Below are positions 1 to 8,052 of a stretch of DNA of 64,000 nucleotides, one piece after another (position 1 is the first letter of the stretch; each line of letters begins with the position of its first letter). The notes beneath the pieces are model-generated. The model was not told the DNA's origin, searched no databases, and saw only the letters and a list, made by a program, of their open reading frames with translations. The position numbers and the translations under genes are program-made. Source of the DNA: an uncultured bacterium. GTDB lineage: Bacteria; Hydrothermota; UBA3072. The DNA lies in NCBI GenBank assembly GCA_964534175.1, contig CAZHNS010000003.1, forward strand, positions 63,939-127,938, given 5' to 3'.

Positions 1-3
1 AGG

Positions 4-402
4 ATGACTGTTCAGAATATTGGTAAGCGACCCTACATACGAAGGCTTTTTAATATATGTATTACGTACGATTCTTCGCCTGAAAAAGTCGAGAGAGCTT
101 TGGAAATAATAAAAGATATACTGAAAGATCATGAAGGTATGAAGCCAGACTTTCCGCCGCGAGTTTTCTTTAACGAGTTCAACAGTGATTCTCTTAATAT
201 TCTTGTTATATATTGGTATCATCCTCCTGAGTACTGGGATTTTATGCAATTTAGCGAGAAAGTTAATTTTGAAATTTTAAATCGATTTAATTCCGAAGGC
301 ATCGATTTTGCGTTTCCAACGCAGACTTTGTATCTTGCGGGAGATGAAAAGCGCCCTCTCAACATCGATCTCTCGAGAGACGAACCGCATAATAAAAGTT
401 AG
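4..402 (+). CDS. Mechanosensitive ion channel (MscS family) protein, C-terminal portion; 5' end lies outside the window
   Basis: ORF runs from window edge; C-terminal beta/alpha domain pattern typical of MscS-family cytoplasmic domain; no upstream start within window. Confidence 0.5.
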   Translation: MTVQNIGKRPYIRRLFNICITYDSSPEKVERALEIIKDILKDHEGMKPDFPPRVFFNEFNSDSLNILVIYWYHPPEYWDFMQFSEKVNFEILNRFNSEGIDFAFPTQTLYLAGDEKRPLNIDLSRDEPHNKS

Positions 403-502
403 CAGTTTTAGATTCGAAGTCAGGAATTAAATTTTTTAGACAACGAAGGTTTTTATTTTTGTTTTAACTAAAGTCTGAAATCTGGGATCTGAGACCTAAT
501 GA

Positions 503-946
503 TTATTGTTTAGCTTTTCTCTCACTAAACATTAACAAGGAAATTAGTGTTCCGTAGAAGAAAAAATAGAAACATCCTTCGATAACTATTTTTTTTGTAT
601 CGAGATACAGGGGTCTAAAAAAAAACAAGCCTACAAGTATAGAAAAAGCACCTAAAAGGCAGGTGGTAAGTGACCTGAAAGAGGCTATTCTGTTTGCTAC
701 ATTGTTTTTGTCAATGTAGTGTGCGCAAAGGAAATCTGTGGCCGTTAGTACGGGAGTAAACATAAAGAGCACAAAAAAGTAGAGGAAATGTAGGGAAGGG
801 GGAGCTGAATCGGATAAGAAAAAGATAATGACGGCTAAGGGAATTATACCATTAAAGCCTATTCTTGTGCCGACGAGAATATAAATAAACGTTATTAGAG
901 TAACTACCCCACTTATATAAAGGAGAACCTTTATGCTTTTTATCAT
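503..946 (-). CDS. Hypothetical integral membrane protein (about 4 TM helices)
   Basis: 147-aa ORF with alternating long hydrophobic stretches; no recognisable family. Confidence 0.35.
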   Translation of the reverse strand: MIKSIKVLLYISGVVTLITFIYILVGTRIGFNGIIPLAVIIFFLSDSAPPSLHFLYFFVLFMFTPVLTATDFLCAHYIDKNNVANRIASFRSLTTCLLGAFSILVGLFFFRPLYLDTKKIVIEGCFYFFFYGTLISLLMFSERKAKQ

Positions 947-1136
947 TAAAACCCCCTCATGAATATTTACATAATCATATCAATAAAGTGAAAAAAATCA
1001 AGGACTGAATATGTGGCGAAAAATACAGAAATAATGCACTACCGTTTTATAACTATTTACTTACAGCAAGAACAAATTAAAAAGATAAAAAGTACAGGGT
1101 GTAAGGAATTTTTCAAATTTTTTTAGAATTTACCTC

Positions 1137-1165
1137 TTGACGTATCTTTACAATTTTTATATAAG
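1137..1165 (+). promoter_or_regulatory. Sigma70-like promoter (TTGACG -17nt- TATAAG) for the 1189 gene
   Basis: TTGACG at 1137-1142, 17-nt spacer, TATAAG at 1160-1165, then AAGGAG RBS and ATG at 1189. Confidence 0.4.
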
Positions 1166-1188
1166 TATTATAAAAAGGAGAAAAAAAA

Positions 1189-3372
1189 ATGAAAATATTT
1201 ATACGTAATCTTTGTTTAGGTTTTGTCTTAGTTTTATTGTTATTTAGTTCTTTTAATATCTTTAGTTGGCCTAATATTCCTAAAATTCCCGAAGTTAAGG
1301 GTATAACGGATAAAATTGCTGATAAACTTCCAGGGTTGGACAAAATATTAAAAAGTGATCCTCCGGTAACAACAAATCTAAAGGATGCAATAACTGAAGT
1401 ATCCATACTGGATGATTATGAGCCTGCTTCACTGGATTTTTTATGGATGGGAGACCTGCCCAGAAGTAAGAAAGGTGCTTTTAAACTTGAGCGTCCAGGA
1501 TTATTCGAGTTCACGGCGCAGAGTTACTGCCTTAAAGCTGGAACATATTCTCCCGGGCAGGGTAATGGTTATCTTTATGCTCCGCTTAAAGGTCCTCAGG
1601 GTGATATTGTAGGAAATGTTCTGAGGAATTCATATGAACATCCGGAAATAGAGCAAAGGAAGGTTCAGGTTTTACTGTGGGCGATTATTGCTCGTACTAA
1701 ACTTACGGATATGTCGACAGAGAATCAGTTGACTGCTTCGAAACTATTGACGCCAGAAGAAATGTTTGAACTCAACGGAGGCGCGCTTGGGCTTGTTCCT
1801 GAAGATATGAAAGAAGAAGCATTTGGTAAAGTTCCGGAAGAGGTGAGGACGGTTCTCGAAGCGGAAGCAAAATTACGTGAAAAACTTACTTCTGTTGAAT
1901 CAAAATATGAGGATCTTGAACGCATCGCCGTTTTGACTGGAAAGGTCCCGATGGGCAAAGACAGTAGGGCAGTGCCTTCCGGAAGATGGTCCTATCATGG
2001 GGACGGATACTTTATAAGGTTCTTTCCTGCTGGGTATTCGCAGGATAAAATTCAGATTTCTATTGCTCCTAAAATTACAATTAAAAAAGATAGCAAAGGT
2101 AGAATAATTTCTCTTTCGGATGATGATGGAAATCTGATTGAAGTCGAATACGATGAAGCAAGTTCTATGAATGTAAATAAAGATTCGAAAGTGAAAGCTT
2201 ACGCTTTTAAAAAAGTCCATTTCGTTAAAATGCTCACCGTTCCACCGGAGATGGTTTTAGACCTTGAAGCCGATTGGACAGGAAAAGGATGGGTTTTTAA
2301 AGGGGAACCTTCAGGTAAGGGTTCGCCTTCAACTACGACAAAATTTACTGGTACTTCAAAACGTTATAAAGAAGCATCGGGATATAGAGAAGAGTTAAAG
2401 AATCTGGATAAGGTTTTGAAACTGAAAGGTGGCGTAGAAGATTTAATGAATCTTGTCCATTTTAAAATGGCAATAAAAGATTTAGTTGTTAATAATTCCG
2501 CCAGTAATCGAATTTGGGCAAAAGGACATGCCGATCTGGCAAATGAAGCAATTCAGTATCTTATAACTGAAAAAGAAGGTAGTTACGTATGGGCTTTTGC
2601 CGATTACGATAATTACTATGGAAAGGGGCTAAGAGAGACATTCTTTTCTATATTGAAGTCTTTTATTTCTTTGCCTGTTTATGCTGATGCGGATAAGATA
2701 CCCTGGTTCAACCCAGGTGATAATGTCGGGACACCGGGCAATACTTCGAGGCAGCGAATTGGTAATTCCGGACGTCCTGCATTAAGTGATGAGGAGAAGC
2801 AAAAAGCATGTGACAAGTTGAATGAGGAAATACAAAACGAACAGACTATTTTAGATGCATATTCTGATAAAGGTTTACTCGATGCGGCTAAAGCCAATGG
2901 ATATGATGGTTATGAGTACAATAACTGTGTTAAAAATTTTCTTGAAAAAACTTTTGGTGATGAGCAATTTACTCCTTTCGAGGATTTGAGCCCGAGCGAA
3001 CAGTCAGATGTACTTAAACAACCTTCAGGAGCTGATTCCGGTCCGAATTTTGATGCTCCCATGCACACAACTCCTGACTGCAGAATTGTAGAAAACTGGA
3101 CCACTCAGGACTATATAGATAAATTCGGAGAGACGGCTGGTAAGGCCCTGCAGCATGCTCACCGGGCACATGAAGGTTCACATCAAAAAACATGTAAGGA
3201 TAAAACCAATTATCATGATGTGCCTCCCGGACAGGGATCTGGTTGGCCGATCGACCCGGATGGATATGATGATTATATGAAAGATCCTGACAATTATAGT
3301 AAAGATGAACAGGAAGCATATAAGGCAGGTATTGCTGACAAGGAAAAATCCCTGGCGGATTTAGGATGCTGA
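1189..3372 (+). CDS. Large secreted hypothetical protein (signal peptide; Cys/His/Asp-rich C-terminal region)
   Basis: 727-aa ORF, N-terminal hydrophobic signal peptide after MKIFIRNL, strong RBS AAAGGAG; no family recognised. Confidence 0.55.
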   Translation: MKIFIRNLCLGFVLVLLLFSSFNIFSWPNIPKIPEVKGITDKIADKLPGLDKILKSDPPVTTNLKDAITEVSILDDYEPASLDFLWMGDLPRSKKGAFKLERPGLFEFTAQSYCLKAGTYSPGQGNGYLYAPLKGPQGDIVGNVLRNSYEHPEIEQRKVQVLLWAIIARTKLTDMSTENQLTASKLLTPEEMFELNGGALGLVPEDMKEEAFGKVPEEVRTVLEAEAKLREKLTSVESKYEDLERIAVLTGKVPMGKDSRAVPSGRWSYHGDGYFIRFFPAGYSQDKIQISIAPKITIKKDSKGRIISLSDDDGNLIEVEYDEASSMNVNKDSKVKAYAFKKVHFVKMLTVPPEMVLDLEADWTGKGWVFKGEPSGKGSPSTTTKFTGTSKRYKEASGYREELKNLDKVLKLKGGVEDLMNLVHFKMAIKDLVVNNSASNRIWAKGHADLANEAIQYLITEKEGSYVWAFADYDNYYGKGLRETFFSILKSFISLPVYADADKIPWFNPGDNVGTPGNTSRQRIGNSGRPALSDEEKQKACDKLNEEIQNEQTILDAYSDKGLLDAAKANGYDGYEYNNCVKNFLEKTFGDEQFTPFEDLSPSEQSDVLKQPSGADSGPNFDAPMHTTPDCRIVENWTTQDYIDKFGETAGKALQHAHRAHEGSHQKTCKDKTNYHDVPPGQGSGWPIDPDGYDDYMKDPDNYSKDEQEAYKAGIADKEKSLADLGC

Positions 3373-3410
3373 GGTTAGTGATTGGTATATTGGTTAATTG
3401 GTTGATTGGT
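3373..3410 (+). repeat. 8-bp periodic GTTAG/ATTGG array immediately after stop codon of the 1189-3372 gene
   Basis: ggttagtg attggtat attggtta attggttg attggt - 5 units at 8-bp period starting 1 nt after TGA. Confidence 0.6.
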
Positions 3411-3466
3411 AAAAATAAAATTTTATTCATTTATTGTAGAATCCTGTAGGGGATTAGAGAATTTTA

Positions 3467-4123
3467 ATGGGCGATTATACGAATGAGATGAGAGAGTATT
3501 GGAATAAGAGATTTTCCGAGGGTGCTGAAATCTGGGGTGTTAAACCGAGTAAGACCGCTCACTATGCCCTTAAATTATTTAAAAGTCTTAATGTAAGATC
3601 GGTGATTGTTCCGGGTTCGGGATATGGGAGAAATACAAAATTATTTGGGGAAGCGGGATTTAAGGTTGTAGGAGTAGAAATATCAGATAACGCAGTTAAA
3701 CGGGCGCGAAAATTTGACACGAAAAGTAAATTTTATCGTAGAACGGCACTTGAAATAGATTCATTAGTCGAAAAATTTGACGCCATATACTGTTTCAATA
3801 TGCTGCATCTTTTTAAAGAGAAAGAAAGATTACTATTTATAGATAAATGCAATGAAATATTAAATGATCATGGATTTACTTTTTTTGTGATGTTTTCAGA
3901 TAAGGAAGAGAGTTTTGGCAAAGGCAAGAAAATTGAGAAAAATACTTTTGAAAGTAAACCAGGAAGAATAGCACATTATTTTACCAGGGAAGACTTATTG
4001 GCTCATTTTAAGAATTTTGACGTTATTGAGATAGGGAAGATGACCGACGAGGAAAACCATGGTGAGGTAGGTAAACATATACATCGGTTAAGATATGTTT
4101 TTTGTTCAAAGCGGGATTACTGA
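3467..4123 (+). CDS. Class I SAM-dependent methyltransferase
   Basis: Motif I-like VIVPGSGYGRN and downstream acidic/aromatic motifs typical of Rossmann-fold methyltransferases. Confidence 0.55.
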   Translation: MGDYTNEMREYWNKRFSEGAEIWGVKPSKTAHYALKLFKSLNVRSVIVPGSGYGRNTKLFGEAGFKVVGVEISDNAVKRARKFDTKSKFYRRTALEIDSLVEKFDAIYCFNMLHLFKEKERLLFIDKCNEILNDHGFTFFVMFSDKEESFGKGKKIEKNTFESKPGRIAHYFTREDLLAHFKNFDVIEIGKMTDEENHGEVGKHIHRLRYVFCSKRDY

Positions 4124-4161
4124 TTTTTTGAGAACAGGGTACCAGTATTTTACTGCTTCTA

Positions 4162-4560
4162 CTAGGAGCCCCCGATAAGTTTTTTGATTTCTTTTAATAA
4201 GTCTTTAGCTTCGATAGGCTTTTCCATAAAAACGTTTACAGGCATATATTCCATGTCTTCATTCTGTCCAAGGTGGAATTTGGCCATTTCTGAGTCCTGA
4301 TTTACAGCGGTTATCATGATAATAGGAATTTCCTTTAACTTATCGTCAGACCTAATTTTTTCGCTCACCCATATACCGTCGGTCTTTGTTTTCATCATAA
4401 TATCCAACAATATAATATGGGGAGTTTTCTTTTTAACTTGTTTGAATGCTTCTTCACCGTTTCTGGCAGTCCGAGTCTCATAACCATTACCTTGCAATAT
4501 TATTTCTATCGTTTCTACGAAATCGGGGTCATCATCCACAATAAGTATTTCTTTTGACAT
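4162..4560 (-). CDS. Response regulator, stand-alone receiver (CheY-like) domain
   Basis: ILIVDDDPDFVETIEIIL...LLDIMM phospho-acceptor Asp context; 132 aa single domain; start overlaps upstream kinase stop (operon). Confidence 0.75.
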   Translation of the reverse strand: MSKEILIVDDDPDFVETIEIILQGNGYETRTARNGEEAFKQVKKKTPHIILLDIMMKTKTDGIWVSEKIRSDDKLKEIPIIMITAVNQDSEMAKFHLGQNEDMEYMPVNVFMEKPIEAKDLLKEIKKLIGGS

Positions 4561-5489
4561 TATTTCTCCTTTTTTTGAATTACGGGAAAGCTCACTTCTA
4601 CTGTAGTTCCTTTATTTAAATTACTTTTCACTTTTATGGTCCCACCATGAGCATCGATTATTCTTTTGACGAGAGAAAGTCCGAGCCCCATACCTTCCTT
4701 TTTATGTTCGGGACGCGCGTTTTCGCCACGGAAGAAGATATTAAATATCATTGGTAGTTCTTTTTTCTTTATACCTATACCCTGGTCTTTCACTCGTAGC
4801 AATAAAGAGTTGTTTTTTTTGTTTTCAGTTATCTTCACCTGATTTCCCGGGTTACTGTATTTGATTGCGTTATGAATTATATTTACAAAAGCTCTTCTTA
4901 AGAGTTCCGGATTCCCATAAATGGGAGGTATATCATCGGAGATATCCCAGTTCATTTTAATATTGTTTTCAGCTGCGAATGAATCCATTTCTTCGTTCAG
5001 AGAAGATAGTAATTCTCCCATGTTGATTTTTTCTATTTCTATTTCACCTGTTCCTTCTTCGAGGTGAGAAAACATTAACAGATCGTTCAAAAGTTTTATA
5101 ACGTCGTTTATCCTTACTTTTGCTCTGTTGAGAAGTTCTTTTTGTTTTTTAACATCTTTTTCGAGGTAACCATCCAGTATTACGTTTAAAATATTATAAA
5201 CTGAAGCCAGTGGTGCCTTTAATTCATGTGATACTTCATAAGTGAATCTGGTTTTGGCTTTTGTTAGCTCGACGGTTTTCGCGTAATGTTCGCTGCACGC
5301 AGCCTTGGCTTCCTTGGAATGTTTTCTAATGCCTTTTAGATTTTTAATTAAGGATGTTATGTCGGATTCAAGCTTCCCATGCCAGTCCCTGATTCTATCA
5401 AGGTGGCATTCCGGATCGTTAATATTACATATTTTAGGTTCCATGCTCTTTTCTCTCTTTAATATTAGGTAAATTAAGAAAAAATGCAA
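4560..5489 (-). CDS. Cytoplasmic sensor histidine kinase (HisKA + HATPase_c), Cys-containing N-terminal region
   Basis: H-box SHELKAPL, N-box IIHNAIKYS, G-boxes DQGIGI / GMGLGLSLV; no TM segment. Confidence 0.75.
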   Translation of the reverse strand: MHFFLIYLILKREKSMEPKICNINDPECHLDRIRDWHGKLESDITSLIKNLKGIRKHSKEAKAACSEHYAKTVELTKAKTRFTYEVSHELKAPLASVYNILNVILDGYLEKDVKKQKELLNRAKVRINDVIKLLNDLLMFSHLEEGTGEIEIEKINMGELLSSLNEEMDSFAAENNIKMNWDISDDIPPIYGNPELLRRAFVNIIHNAIKYSNPGNQVKITENKKNNSLLLRVKDQGIGIKKKELPMIFNIFFRGENARPEHKKEGMGLGLSLVKRIIDAHGGTIKVKSNLNKGTTVEVSFPVIQKKEK

Positions 5490-5547
5490 GCGTGTTCAGA
5501 GTAACCCAAAACTCTATTTTCCGCTCCAATATTACTTATTTAGCTGT

Positions 5548-5567
5548 AATGTGATTTTTTTCACAAC
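5548..5567 (+). promoter_or_regulatory. Rex-type operator (TGTGA-N6-TCACA) abutting the -35 box of the Ehr-like operon promoter
   Basis: aaTGTGAttttttTCACAAc at 5548-5567; TTGACA at 5568-5573 then 17-nt spacer and TATTAA; rex gene encoded at operon end; a TTGTGAA half-site also at 5602-5608. Confidence 0.4.
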
Positions 5568-5671
5568 TTGACAAACTTCTAAATTATTATTATTAAACTT
5601 TGTGAATTAAATATTTAAGTTAATTAATTCTTTTTTCATTTAGATAAAGAGTTGAAGTAACGGAGGGTTAA

Positions 5672-6196
5672 TTGTATAAAAATGAGGGTTTTACTGTAAA
5701 AGAAAGAATAAAAAGTTTCTGCTGGTTGTTTTTCTTCCTTGTTATCCTCTGGTTACTGCTTACCTCGACTTTTAATTCTCAGGAATTAATAGTTGGTGTT
5801 TTTGTTTGTTCTGTAATTGCTCTTGTAACTTATAAATTTTATATTAAATTAGGTTTTCCTTCTGTAAGCCTTAAGAAGTTTTACTTTTCTCTTGTTTATA
5901 TATTAGTTCTTTTTTTTGAGATATTGAAAGCCAATATAGATGTAGCCCTGCGAGTTATCCGTCCCTCCCTGCCAATAAATCCCGGTGTAATAATTATAAA
6001 GACAGGCCTTAGATCAGATATCGCAAAAACAATTCTGGCTAATTCCATAACTCTAACGCCCGGTACATTTACTCTGGATATTCAAGGAAATAAATTACTA
6101 ATTCACTGGATAGATGTAGAAGCGACTGATATTGATGCCGCGACTAATATTATAGGCGAAAGATTCGAAAAATATTTGAGGGTTATATTCCAATGA
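5672..6196 (+). CDS. Mrp/Mnh antiporter subunit E-like (MbhA-like)
   Basis: MrpE-type membrane N-terminus and LTPGT motif; TTG start with GGAGGG RBS; first gene of 13-gene operon. Confidence 0.65.
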   Translation: MYKNEGFTVKERIKSFCWLFFFLVILWLLLTSTFNSQELIVGVFVCSVIALVTYKFYIKLGFPSVSLKKFYFSLVYILVLFFEILKANIDVALRVIRPSLPINPGVIIIKTGLRSDIAKTILANSITLTPGTFTLDIQGNKLLIHWIDVEATDIDAATNIIGERFEKYLRVIFQ

Positions 6197-6447
6197 TTGC
6201 AACAATTTATTTTGTAGTTATAGGCTTAGGGGTTGTCTTATGTTTGCTCAGGATGATTAAAGGTCCTACTGCTCCTGATCGTGCTGTCGCGCTGGATACA
6301 GCGGTGACAGTCACAGTCGCGTTGTTGGTCCTTATTGGTCTTGTCCTCCGAAGAAGAATATATCTTGATGTTTCATTGGTATATGCTGTTCTAACCTTTA
6401 TAGGTTCAGTTGCAATAGCAAGATATCTTGAGGGAGGAATCGAATGA
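6193..6447 (+). CDS. Mrp/Mnh antiporter subunit F-like
   Basis: 84 aa, 3 TM, MrpF/PhaF-like pattern (LLRMIKGPTAPDRAVALD); overlaps neighbours by 4 nt. Confidence 0.65.
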   Translation: MIATIYFVVIGLGVVLCLLRMIKGPTAPDRAVALDTAVTVTVALLVLIGLVLRRRIYLDVSLVYAVLTFIGSVAIARYLEGGIE

Positions 6448-6782
6448 TCTGGGGCTGGTGGGTTACGGGGTTTGGTGTAATATTTTTGTTCCTGGGGAGC
6501 CTCGGCGTATATAGGATGCCTGACGTATACAATAGATTGCAGGCGGGAACAAAATGTACGACACTTGGCGCTTTCTGTACCATTATTGGTGTTGGAATAA
6601 TAGAGCCTTCCTGGTTCTGGACAACTTTTATAATCGCGGTATTTGTATTATTGACTAACCCAATATCGAGTCATGCACTTGGAAGAGCGTCCTGTATTTC
6701 AAAAGTCAAACTCTGTAAAAAAACAAAGGTTGATCAATCGGAAGGTTTTTGTAGCGAAGGGGATGATGAAGATGATTCTTGA
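6444..6782 (+). CDS. Mrp/Mnh antiporter subunit G-like
   Basis: MnhG-like N-terminus (FLFLGSLGVYRMPDVYNRLQAGTK...); translational coupling. Confidence 0.65.
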   Translation: MIWGWWVTGFGVIFLFLGSLGVYRMPDVYNRLQAGTKCTTLGAFCTIIGVGIIEPSWFWTTFIIAVFVLLTNPISSHALGRASCISKVKLCKKTKVDQSEGFCSEGDDEDDS

Positions 6783-7017
6783 AGTAATCCTGGTTTTCGT
6801 AATGCTTGTGGGTGCCGTTGCTGCCGGTTTTTTTAAAGATTTGTTAAACGCGGTAATCGCTGCCGGCTTTGTTAGTTTTATTGCGGCGATACTCTTCTAT
6901 TTTCTTCATGCTCCCGATGTAGCTATGGCTGAAGCTTCTATTGGTGCTGCCTTAACTGTAGCAATTTTCATAATAGCTATTAAGAAAACAAAAAGATTCG
7001 AGGAAGATGATGCGTAA
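6763..7017 (+). CDS. MnhB-domain small membrane subunit (MbhD-like); start taken at internal ATG 6763 rather than ORF-track 6673
   Basis: ORF 6673-7017 overlaps MrpG-like gene for 110 nt; ATGATGAAGATG at 6763 gives 84-aa 3-TM protein matching MnhB-like DUF4040 proteins of Mbh/Mbx clusters. Confidence 0.5.
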   Translation: MMKMILEVILVFVMLVGAVAAGFFKDLLNAVIAAGFVSFIAAILFYFLHAPDVAMAEASIGAALTVAIFIIAIKKTKRFEEDDA

Positions 7018-7693
7018 GATAATTAGTTTTATTTTAATAACAATAATAGCAGCAGGTATCTTTTTCTCACTGGAGGAAGTACCTTTTGGAGCCACGAAAA
7101 GCAGAGTGAGAGAGTATTATCTTGATAACGGTATAAAACAAACAGGAGCTACAAATATAGTGACATCTGTGGTGGTTAATTATCGTGGTTTTGATACTCT
7201 CGGAGAAGTAACTGTACTGTTCCTCGCGAGTATTGGTCTTTCCGCGGTTCTTTACAGAAAAAAAGAAGAGAGAGGAAAAAAGAGAAGAGAGAGCAGTTTG
7301 ATTTTATATACCGGCTGCAGGTTTTTGTTTCCTCTTATTCTCCTTTTCGGTTCATACATATTTATTCATGGCCATTTGACTCCCGGAGGAGGTTTTCAGG
7401 GAGGAGCTATCATAGCATCCGGGTTTTTGCTAACCATGCTTGGTTGTTGGGGATGGGAAGGAATTAACAGGAACAGATTTAAGATAACAGAATCTCTCTC
7501 GGGTCTTGCCTTTGTTGTTATAGGTCTTCTTGGATTACTTTACGGAGGGTATTTCCTTTTTAATTATCTGCCCAAAGGAATACCTAATCAGCTTTTTAGC
7601 GCCGGAATTATTCCTCTTGTGTATATTGCCATAGGATTCAAAGTGGGTTCGGAGATTGCGGGTATAATAAATGATATGGTGAGGAGCGGGTAA
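7007..7693 (+). CDS. Mrp/Mnh antiporter subunit B-like (MbhE/F-like)
   Basis: MnhB-domain pattern (GATNIVTSVVVNYRGFDTLGEVTVLF); multi-TM. Confidence 0.6.
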   Translation: MMRKIISFILITIIAAGIFFSLEEVPFGATKSRVREYYLDNGIKQTGATNIVTSVVVNYRGFDTLGEVTVLFLASIGLSAVLYRKKEERGKKRRESSLILYTGCRFLFPLILLFGSYIFIHGHLTPGGGFQGGAIIASGFLLTMLGCWGWEGINRNRFKITESLSGLAFVVIGLLGLLYGGYFLFNYLPKGIPNQLFSAGIIPLVYIAIGFKVGSEIAGIINDMVRSG

Positions 7694-8052
7694 TGGAATT
7701 CATAGAAAATTATCTGTATTATATCGCATCCTTTGGTTTAATCCTTATAGGTCTTTATATAATGCTTATCAAGAAAAATTTGATAAAAATTATTATAGGT
7801 CTTTCAATTATAGATACGGGAGTAAATATTTTATTAATTACTATGGGTTATTTAAAAGAAGGAACCGCTCCTATTTTCTCACGTGAGGGTTTACTGCCTT
7901 CAAGGATGGTAGATCCCGTGCCACAGGCACTGGTTCTGACTGCTATTGTGATAGGAGTTGCAATTCTTGCGCTTGCATTGACTCTGGCGGTAGTCCTTTA
8001 CCGTCATTACGGAACTCTCAATGTTAGAAAAATAAGGAATCTTAAATGGTAA
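7693..8052 (+). CDS. Mrp subunit C / NuoK-like small membrane subunit
   Basis: 119 aa, 3 TM; NuoK/MrpC-like fold; coupled ATG overlapping previous stop. Confidence 0.65.
   Translation: MEFIENYLYYIASFGLILIGLYIMLIKKNLIKIIIGLSIIDTGVNILLITMGYLKEGTAPIFSREGLLPSRMVDPVPQALVLTAIVIGVAILALALTLAVVLYRHYGTLNVRKIRNLKW

Noticed and set aside
1113-1406. 97-aa minus-strand ORF overlapping the start of the 1189 gene
   Set aside because: Overlaps the promoter/RBS/5' coding region of a much stronger plus-strand gene; AT-rich artefact.
6673-6762. Upstream extension of the MnhB-like small subunit ORF
   Set aside because: Would overlap the MrpG-like gene by 110 nt in another frame; internal ATGATGAAGATG at 6763 gives a sensible 3-TM protein, so the extension is taken as non-coding.
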